Shown here: piece after piece, positions 57,448 through 64,000 of the stretch
Layout of the letters: every line of letters starts with the position of its first letter
Numbering within the stretch: position 1 is the first letter of the stretch
From: an uncultured bacterium
GTDB taxonomy: Bacteria > Krumholzibacteriota > Krumholzibacteriia > LZORAL124-64-63
Direction: 5' to 3'
Assembly: GCA_963727525.1 (NCBI GenBank)
Contig: CAVSGO010000005.1
Span: 576,001-640,000, forward strand
Length of the DNA: 64,000 bases
Made by a program: the position numbers and the translations under genes
The notes under the pieces: generated by a model
What the model saw: only the letters and a program-made list of their open reading frames with translations
The model's database searches: none
What the model was told of the DNA's origin: nothing

Positions 57448-59745
57448 ATGCCATTTTTTCACGAGTTGCGCCAGCGGCGGGTCCCCCAGTACGTCTCGGC
57501 CTACATCGTGGCCTCGTGGGGATTGATCCAGTTCATCCAGTTCCTCGAGGGACGTGTCGCCCTGTCGCCGCACGTGACGAACCTGGTGGCGCTGGCTCTC
57601 GCCCTGCTGCTGCCGGGCGTGGCGCTGCTGGCATGGTCCCAGGGACGACCCGGGCCAGACCAGCTCGGACGCGTGTCGCGCGTGGGATTGCCGCTCAACC
57701 TGGTCGTGGCGGCGGCGGTGCTCTTCGTGGTGTTCCACGACAAGGAACTCGGCGCGGTGACCACGAATATCTCGGTCACCGACGAGCAGGGCCAGGTGCA
57801 GCGACGCCAGGTACCGCGCGCAGCGTTCCGCAAGCAGCTCCTGATCTACGACCTGGCTGCCCCCGCCGATACGGCCCAGACCTGGCTCGGGCGCGGGCTC
57901 GGCACGCTCGTGGCCCTCGACCTCACGCAGGATCCCTTCCTCACGGTGCGGCGTCCAGAGCACGTGATGGGCTCGCTCATCGCGTCGGACTTCAAGGCGG
58001 GCGAAGACGTGCCCGCGCCCGTGATGCGTCGCATCGCGCGCGATCGCCACTTCCCGTACTACGTCACCGGGCGCGTGGCCGCCGCGGCCGGTGGCGTGCG
58101 CGTGACGACCGAACTGCAGGAGAGCGAGACGGGCCGTATGGTGGCGAGCCACGATATCACGGCCAGCGACCTCTTCGCGGCCTGCGACCAGATCTCGGCG
58201 CAGCTCAAGCGCGACCTCGAGATCCCCGAGAACCAGCTCGCCAGCCGCGAAGACCTGCCGGTCGCCGAGATCACCACGACCAACCGCGACGCCTTGCGTG
58301 CGTTCATCGAGGGTTCCTACGCGGCGATCTACGAGAACGACTGGGAGGCGTCCGTGGCAAAGCTGCAGCGTGCCGTGGTGCTGGATCCCACGTTCGCCCT
58401 CGCGCAGTATTCGCTCTCGGGCGCATTGTCGGTGACGGGCCATGGCGACAAGGCCACCGCCGCTGCGGATGCTGCGATGGCGCATCTCTACCGTCTTCCG
58501 GAACGCTCGCAGTTCCAGATCAAGTCGCTCTACTACCTCAACTTCAAGCAAGACCCCGACCGCACCCTCGCCGTGGTCGACATGTGGACGCAGCTCTACC
58601 CGCAGGACACCGACGCGTGGCGGCAGAAGGCGATGTTCCAGCGCGTGCGCGACGATCGCGCCGGAGCGATCGCGTCGTACGAGAAGGCGCTGGCGATCGA
58701 TCCCCAGCTCCACGACCTGCTGCTGACGATCGGCGACCTCTACCAGGACACCGGCGACTACGCGCGAGCCGAGAGCTCGTATCAGAAGTACTGCGACCGG
58801 TTTCCCACCAACACCAAGGCCTGGACGGCGCTAGCTACCCTGTACGAGACCGCGGGCAACCTCGACAAGGCGCGCAGCACCGACGAACACATCCTCATCC
58901 TCGATCCCGTCGACACGAAGGCGCAGCTCGCACTGGCGCGTCTGGCGATGCGGCGTGGCGACTTCGCCCGGTCGCGCGAGATCTTCGAGGAGTTCCTGGC
59001 GCACCACGACAAGGACATCGATCTCATGCGCGCCCACGACGGCCTGCGCAACCTGTGCAGCGCGGAAGGTCGCCTGCAGAACGCGATCGCGAATCTCGAG
59101 GCGTGGCACGTCGCGGCGTCGCACCTCTATAACCCGATCGAGCTGACGATGCGCTACGTCATGCATCTCGACCTCTATACCGAGGCCGGCCGGCCCGAGG
59201 ATGCAATCCGTATCGTGAATGAGCTTCGCGGGTCGGTGACGCCGCCCATCGACAAGCTCGTGGACTACGGACAGCTCGAGGCCCAGGTCGCCCTTGGCAA
59301 CCTCGACGGAGCCCGTGCCATCATCGACGGGATCGAGACCACCGTGGAGGCCCTCGATCTCGAGGTCTGGCGTCCCCATATCGATCGGGGTCGCGCCCTC
59401 GTGGCTGACGCCGAAGGCGACCTTGCCGACGCCGTGGCCTGCCGCCGCCGCGTGGCCGGCCGGATCACCGACAACTTGCAGGTGCTGCTGGAGCTCGCGA
59501 CCGCTCTGCGCAAGGCCGGTCAGCCCGACGAGGCGCTCGCGGTGCTCGATCACCTGACCAGGCTGGCCCCCGCGCTGCCGCCGATGCATCTGGAGTACGG
59601 CCGCATCCTCGCCGCACGCGGCGATGCCGAGCCCGCGCGCGAACACCTGCAGAAGGCGCTCGCTGCGTGGCAACAGGCCGACGACGGGTTCGCTCCTCGG
59701 GCCGAGGCGCGCCAGCTCCTCGCATCGCTCGGCACGGGAAGCTGA
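57448..59745 (+). CDS. Membrane-anchored tetratricopeptide repeat protein
   Basis: N-terminal FFHELRQRRV plus 3 TM segments; TPR motifs (LDPTFALA, YEKALAIDP). Confidence 0.82.
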   Translation: MPFFHELRQRRVPQYVSAYIVASWGLIQFIQFLEGRVALSPHVTNLVALALALLLPGVALLAWSQGRPGPDQLGRVSRVGLPLNLVVAAAVLFVVFHDKELGAVTTNISVTDEQGQVQRRQVPRAAFRKQLLIYDLAAPADTAQTWLGRGLGTLVALDLTQDPFLTVRRPEHVMGSLIASDFKAGEDVPAPVMRRIARDRHFPYYVTGRVAAAAGGVRVTTELQESETGRMVASHDITASDLFAACDQISAQLKRDLEIPENQLASREDLPVAEITTTNRDALRAFIEGSYAAIYENDWEASVAKLQRAVVLDPTFALAQYSLSGALSVTGHGDKATAAADAAMAHLYRLPERSQFQIKSLYYLNFKQDPDRTLAVVDMWTQLYPQDTDAWRQKAMFQRVRDDRAGAIASYEKALAIDPQLHDLLLTIGDLYQDTGDYARAESSYQKYCDRFPTNTKAWTALATLYETAGNLDKARSTDEHILILDPVDTKAQLALARLAMRRGDFARSREIFEEFLAHHDKDIDLMRAHDGLRNLCSAEGRLQNAIANLEAWHVAASHLYNPIELTMRYVMHLDLYTEAGRPEDAIRIVNELRGSVTPPIDKLVDYGQLEAQVALGNLDGARAIIDGIETTVEALDLEVWRPHIDRGRALVADAEGDLADAVACRRRVAGRITDNLQVLLELATALRKAGQPDEALAVLDHLTRLAPALPPMHLEYGRILAARGDAEPAREHLQKALAAWQQADDGFAPRAEARQLLASLGTGS

Positions 59746-59757
59746 GTCGGGCGCACG

Positions 59758-60162
59758 CTACCGCACCTCGCCCCAGTGCTCCCAGATCCGCAGGTCGTGG
59801 GTGAAGGTCTCGCCGAGCCAGCGCTCGGTGCGCGAGCGGTAGACCACGCGTGCCCGGATCCGCCGCGATTCGCGCTTGCGTGCGAAGAGGGCCGGCCGCG
59901 TGTCGAGGAAGACGCGCACCTCCTTGCCGGAGCGCAGCAACGGCAGATGCTTGAAGAGCGCCAGCTCCGACACCACCACCTCGCCCCCCACGCCGCGCAC
60001 GGGCCGCACGAACTCCACATGCACGTCGAAAGCCGTGGCCGGCCCGACGTTGGCGAGCACGAGGGTGAGGCGCTCGTCGGCGAACTCGACGTCGAGCAGC
60101 ACCTCGGGTTCGCCGGCGCGCGGCGGGCGCACGGTCACGCGTGGTTTCGTCTTGGTGGCCAT
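59758..60162 (-). CDS. Hypothetical protein, likely co-transcribed with the tail tube gene
   Basis: ATG 3 nt after the tube stop; beta-rich (LVLANVG..AFDV.VEF). Confidence 0.65.
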   Translation of the reverse strand: MATKTKPRVTVRPPRAGEPEVLLDVEFADERLTLVLANVGPATAFDVHVEFVRPVRGVGGEVVVSELALFKHLPLLRSGKEVRVFLDTRPALFARKRESRRIRARVVYRSRTERWLGETFTHDLRIWEHWGEVR

Positions 60163-60165
60163 GAC

Positions 60166-60609
60166 CTACTCCAGATCGAGACCCTCGTGGCAGATCTCCA
60201 GCGACTCCATCGCCACGTCGCTGGTGCCGGCGCGCAGGCTCGGCCCGGTGTACTTGCTGGGCCAGGCGCGCCGCAGGCGCCACTGCAGCACCGTCTCGCG
60301 CGCCTCGTTGAGCAGGTTGATCGTGACGTTGCGCCGCTGCACCTGACCGTTCATGGCCGTGCGGATCCAGTCCCACAACGCAAGGTCGCCCGTCACGCCA
60401 CGCTTGAGTGTGACGTCGGTGAACTTCTTCAGGCCCGGGATCTTGCGGACGGTGATGTCCTCGTTGCCGTTGCGGTACTCGATCACCTCGACGCTCACGC
60501 CCAGACCGCTGACCTCGGCGAAGCCGGCGCGCGCACCGTCGTCGCCGATGCCCTCCACCGTGACGAGGAAGTTGAACTCGGGATACGGATCATCGCGGTA
60601 CGTGGCCAT
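60166..60609 (-). CDS. Phage tail tube protein, T4 gp19 / Afp1-5 family
   Basis: DPY..FNF.V, GFAEVSGL, IEYRNG, RKIPG..KF.DVTLKRG, LWDW and AWPSKY motifs; GGAGG RBS before ATG 60609. Confidence 0.92.
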   Translation of the reverse strand: MATYRDDPYPEFNFLVTVEGIGDDGARAGFAEVSGLGVSVEVIEYRNGNEDITVRKIPGLKKFTDVTLKRGVTGDLALWDWIRTAMNGQVQRRNVTINLLNEARETVLQWRLRRAWPSKYTGPSLRAGTSDVAMESLEICHEGLDLE

Positions 60610-60738
60610 GGTGACCTCCCGAACAGATGGAATCGATATTGCTGGTCGTCTCCACACGCTACCGGCACAGCCTCCCGCAGGCAATGGTCCTCTACGAGCG
60701 GCCGTATCCGACAAGGTGCGCCACGGGTTCCGACCAGC

Positions 60739-61485
60739 CTACCGCCCGAACCGCGCTTCCACGCGGGTCCAGTCATCCTCGGTGGTCACCTTCCAGTTCT
60801 GAGCCTCGCCCATCACCACGACCGGACGCAGACCGCGCGCGGCGAGCAGGCCGCCGTCATCGGTGAAGACCTCGTTCTGCTCCGCGCACCAGGCGTGAGC
60901 GGCGTGCAGGTCGGCGAAACGGAAGACCTGCGGCGTCTGCACGGCCACGAGCGACGCGCGCTCGAGGTACTCGGCCACCGCCTGCTCGGTGCGACGGACC
61001 TCGACGTTTCGACTTTCGGCGAGTTGCACCACGGTGTCGGTGACCGCCACGCCCGGGATCGCCGCCCCGCGGAGCGCGGCGGCCACGGCCACGCGGGTGA
61101 GCAGGTGATGTGAGGCGAACGGACGGGCGGCATCGTGGATGGCCACGAGGTCGTCGGCGCGCGGCGCGAGTTCGCCTTCCAGTGCGGCGATGGCCTGCAA
61201 CGCATGCCACGCCGACTGCGTACGCTGCGCCCCCGCCGGGGCGAGGGCGATGGGCACGGCGAGCGAAAGCTCGTCAAGCGCCTGGGTCACGACGGCTCGC
61301 CAGGCGTCGGGCACCACCACGGTGGCGTGCACCACGCCGGGCGCGCGCAGCAGTTCGCGCAGGCTGTGGAGTAGCAGCATGGTGCCGCCGGCCCGGCGGA
61401 ACTGCTTGGGCGGCGTGGAATCGCCGGCGCGGGCGCGGGTGGACTGGCCGCCGGCGAGCACGGCGAGGTAGAGACGCGGGGTCAT
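60739..61485 (-). CDS. ispD: 2-C-methyl-D-erythritol 4-phosphate cytidylyltransferase
   Basis: LAGG.STR, PKQF, RTQS, IHDAARPF, QTPQVF, TDD and NWKVTT.DD motifs. Confidence 0.9.
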   Translation of the reverse strand: MTPRLYLAVLAGGQSTRARAGDSTPPKQFRRAGGTMLLLHSLRELLRAPGVVHATVVVPDAWRAVVTQALDELSLAVPIALAPAGAQRTQSAWHALQAIAALEGELAPRADDLVAIHDAARPFASHHLLTRVAVAAALRGAAIPGVAVTDTVVQLAESRNVEVRRTEQAVAEYLERASLVAVQTPQVFRFADLHAAHAWCAEQNEVFTDDGGLLAARGLRPVVVMGEAQNWKVTTEDDWTRVEARFGR

Positions 61486-62948
61486 GCCTGACTCCTGGCG
61501 CGCACGTTGTCACCGGGCGCGAGGGCGAAGGCCACGGCCTCCTCCACGGTGGTGACGAGGGCGAGATCGAAGGTACGGGTGGTTTTCTTCTTCTTTTCCG
61601 CGCGAGGCCCCGTGGGCGCGGCACAGACGGCGCGCGTGAAGCCGTGGCGGAAGGCCTCGCGCAGGCGGTCGGTCTGTGCGCTCACGGCGCGCACCTCGCC
61701 CGTGAGGCCCACCTCGCCCAGCACGAGCGTACCGGCGGCCACGGGGCGTTCGCGTAGCGAGCTGGCCAGGGCCACCTGGATGGCGAGGTCGGCCGCGGGA
61801 TCGTCGAGTCGCCCGCCGCCGGCCACCTTGACGAAGATGTCGCAGCCGGCGAGGTCGAGTCCGCCGCGCTTCTCGAGAATGGCCGCGAGCAGGGCCACGC
61901 GCTTGCCGTCCACGCCCTGCACCACGCGCTGCGGCGTGCCGTACGACGACGGCGCCACCAGCGCTTGCACCTCCACCAGGAAGATGCGCGAGCCGTTCAG
62001 CACGGCGCACACCGCGGCGCCGGGCGCCTCGCGGCCGTGGCCGGTGAGGAAAAGCGCGTTGACGTCGTCCACCGGCACCAGGCCCTCGCGGCGCATCTCC
62101 AGCACTGCCACTTCGCCCGTGGTGCCGAAGCGGTTCTTCACCGCGCGCACCAGCCGCACCGGCCCGCCGCCGCTGCCCTCGAAGTAGAGCACGGTGTCGA
62201 CCATGTGCTCGAGAAGCTTGGGACCTGCGAGGTCCCCGCTCTTGGTCACGTGCCCCACCAGGAACACGGGGCATCCGTGGCGGCGCGCCAGGTCGGCCAG
62301 CACGCCGCCGCAGGCCCGGATCTGCGTGGGCGAACCGGGGAACGCGTCGATGTGCTCACTGTGCAGCGTCTGCACCGAGTCGGCGATGACGACGGCCGGC
62401 CCGGCGCGCTCGGTGAGCGCCCGTGTCAGCGTGTCCACCAGCGCCTCGAGCTGTACCTCCTGCAGGATCTCGAAGCCCTCCTCCTTGTCGGGCTGGAAAC
62501 CGAGCCGTTCGGCCCGCAGGCGAATCTGCGCCGGCGACTCCTCGCCGGCGACGTAGAGCACGCGCACGCCTCGGCGCGCCCAGTCGAGCGCCAGGCCGGT
62601 GAGCAGCGTCGATTTGCCCACACCCGGTTCGCCGCCCAGCAGCACCACCGAGCCCTCCACGAGCCCGCCGCCGAGCACGCGCGCCACCTCTGGCGGATGC
62701 ACAGGCAAGCGCCGGGCCTTTGTCGCGTCGATCTCACGCAGGGGCACGAGCCGCGCCGTCTCGCCCCGGGCCGTAGCGCCGGACTGGAATCCCCGCGCCC
62801 CCTTGCCCGCCTTCGCCGGATCGGGCGCCGTGCGGAACTCGCGCATCGTGTTGAAGGTCCCGCAGGCCGGACACCGCCCCAGCCAGCGGACCTCGCTATG
62901 GCCACATTCGGTGCACACGTAGTTCGAGGTCGCCTTGGCCATGCGCAT
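61482..62948 (-). CDS. radA: DNA repair protein RadA/Sms
   Basis: CTECG..W.GRCPAC Zn finger, GEPGVGKSTLL, GHVTK, LEHMVD and KNRFG motifs. Confidence 0.97.
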   Translation of the reverse strand: MRMAKATSNYVCTECGHSEVRWLGRCPACGTFNTMREFRTAPDPAKAGKGARGFQSGATARGETARLVPLREIDATKARRLPVHPPEVARVLGGGLVEGSVVLLGGEPGVGKSTLLTGLALDWARRGVRVLYVAGEESPAQIRLRAERLGFQPDKEEGFEILQEVQLEALVDTLTRALTERAGPAVVIADSVQTLHSEHIDAFPGSPTQIRACGGVLADLARRHGCPVFLVGHVTKSGDLAGPKLLEHMVDTVLYFEGSGGGPVRLVRAVKNRFGTTGEVAVLEMRREGLVPVDDVNALFLTGHGREAPGAAVCAVLNGSRIFLVEVQALVAPSSYGTPQRVVQGVDGKRVALLAAILEKRGGLDLAGCDIFVKVAGGGRLDDPAADLAIQVALASSLRERPVAAGTLVLGEVGLTGEVRAVSAQTDRLREAFRHGFTRAVCAAPTGPRAEKKKKTTRTFDLALVTTVEEAVAFALAPGDNVRARSQA

Positions 62949-63073
62949 CACCGTTTTCAGGAGGAGCGTCAACGCCGGGCGACACCATCGGTATCGGTGC
63001 CAACCACGGGTACCGAGGGAAGGTAGCACAGAACAGACGTGAATTCATCAGCAGGAGGCCGACCGGGACAGGC

Positions 63074-63117
63074 GTCAGCGCACGACTGTGTCAGCGCACG
63101 ACTGTGTCAGCGCACGA
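63074..63117 (+). repeat. 16-bp tandem repeat (2.75 copies) over the stop codon of the adjacent gene
   Basis: GTCAGCGCACGACTGT twice, then GTCAGCGCACGA. Confidence 0.9.
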
Positions 63118-64000
63118 GGGTCATCTTTTGCTGCGTGACGGTGTCTTCCGCCTCGAGCCGGCACACGTACGTGCCGCTGGCCATGGCCCGGCCGCTGGCA
63201 TCGCGTCCGTCCCAGGGGGCCGTGTGGCGGCCTGCAGGCAGGGACGCGTCGACGAGCGTGCGCACGTGGCGACCGCGTACGTCGTAAACGGACAGCTGGG
63301 CATGGCCGGCGCGCGCGAGGTCGTATGTCACCACCGTCTGCGGATTGAATGGGTTGGGCGCCACGGCCACCACGTGGGTGGCGGCGGGTACCCCGCCGGC
63401 GATGTCCGCGACGGGCACCTGCAAGTTCAGGCCCCAGCTATGCAGGGTGCCCACGTTACCTCCGGCGTTGTCGGTGACGAAGAGCAGCCAGTTGCCCTGG
63501 ATCTCTTCATCCAGGGCATCGTCGAGGCTGCCGGGGCCGTCCACGGAAAGCGTCGTGGGCCATGTGCCCACGAGGTTGTCGGCGTCGCCGCCGGTGTTGT
63601 CGTGCAGCACCACCGATGTGCCCACCGGACTGAAGAGCACCACGCGAAGGTCTCCAATGGCGGGATGCGTGATATCTACGTCTACAGTCAGTCCGGTGCA
63701 GATGCCGGAATCGGTCACGGTGATCGCGCTGACGATGCCGGGCTGGCCGTCGGGGATCGGTCGCTCCGGCTGGACCGCGGCGTGCACGACGGTGACCGGC
63801 ACCAGGGAGAGATCGACGCCGGTGACCTGCTCGGCGACTGCCACGGCGACGTCTCGGTGCTCATCGCGATAACCGTACTTGCGAGCCGTCACGGTGTAGG
63901 TGCCGGCATCGAAGGGGCCGAGGGTGAAGGCACCGTCGGCGACGGTGATCACCGACTGGCCAGCGCACGACACGGTGACGCCGACGGGCGGCGCTCCGTC
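63107..64000 (-). CDS. 3' part of a secreted protein: carboxypeptidase-regulatory-like + proprotein-convertase P domain + FlgD-like C-terminal domain
   Basis: GTYTVTARKYGY, VDITHPAIGDL.V.L.SP.GT, GNW.L.VTD...GTL.SW.L and APNPFNP...KMTLVR motifs; truncated by the window edge. Confidence 0.85.
   Translation of the reverse strand, partial: DGAPPVGVTVSCAGQSVITVADGAFTLGPFDAGTYTVTARKYGYRDEHRDVAVAVAEQVTGVDLSLVPVTVVHAAVQPERPIPDGQPGIVSAITVTDSGICTGLTVDVDITHPAIGDLRVVLFSPVGTSVVLHDNTGGDADNLVGTWPTTLSVDGPGSLDDALDEEIQGNWLLFVTDNAGGNVGTLHSWGLNLQVPVADIAGGVPAATHVVAVAPNPFNPQTVVTYDLARAGHAQLSVYDVRGRHVRTLVDASLPAGRHTAPWDGRDASGRAMASGTYVCRLEAEDTVTQQKMTLVR

Noticed and set aside
59758-60609. Prophage
   Set aside because: No integrase, terminase, capsid, sheath or att sites; flanks are host genes.

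Overview
High-GC bacterial chromosome segment. Four proteins ending in a PNPFNP/FlgD-like domain and one ending in a 'SWGSVKALF' tail suggest an FCB-group candidate phylum such as Krumholzibacteriota, Latescibacterota or Eisenbacteria; this is inference, not a search result. Layout: (1) 1-9.7 kb, minus-strand core cluster, in transcription order ispF-ddl-cysS, tRNA Thr/Tyr/Gly/Thr, tuf, rpmG, tRNA-Trp, secE, nusG, rplKAJL and the 5' part of rpoB. (2) 9.9-36.6 kb, a surface-polysaccharide locus with glycosyltransferases, a Wzx flippase, a Wzy/O-antigen-ligase-like gene, an ABC exporter and many paired tailoring enzymes (2 CapK/PaaK-like ligases, 2 GNATs, 2 deacetylases, 2 hexapeptide acyltransferases, 2 AsnB-like ligases, 1 methyltransferase). 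It carries three apparent frameshifts and ends in a 50-aa peptide gene with its own promoter and terminator. (3) 36.7-50.5 kb, hemL/hemB/hemC, OmpA, tyrS, MATE, MFS, a SpoIIE phosphatase, an MBL hydrolase and a putative outer-membrane protein. (4) 50.5-64 kb, DUF4254, a signal-peptide redoxin with an in-frame TGA, a stand-alone 5'-3' exonuclease, an RRM protein, secreted proteins, a TPR protein, an orphan gp19-type tail tube, ispD and radA. Best candidates for something new: a probable secreted selenoprotein (UxxC, SECIS-like hairpin, C-terminal sorting domain) that the ORF track splits in two; a RiPP-precursor-like peptide at the end of the polysaccharide locus; two apparent C-terminal sorting signals; and the orphan tail tube. 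All product calls come from motif recognition by eye; no searches or computations were run.
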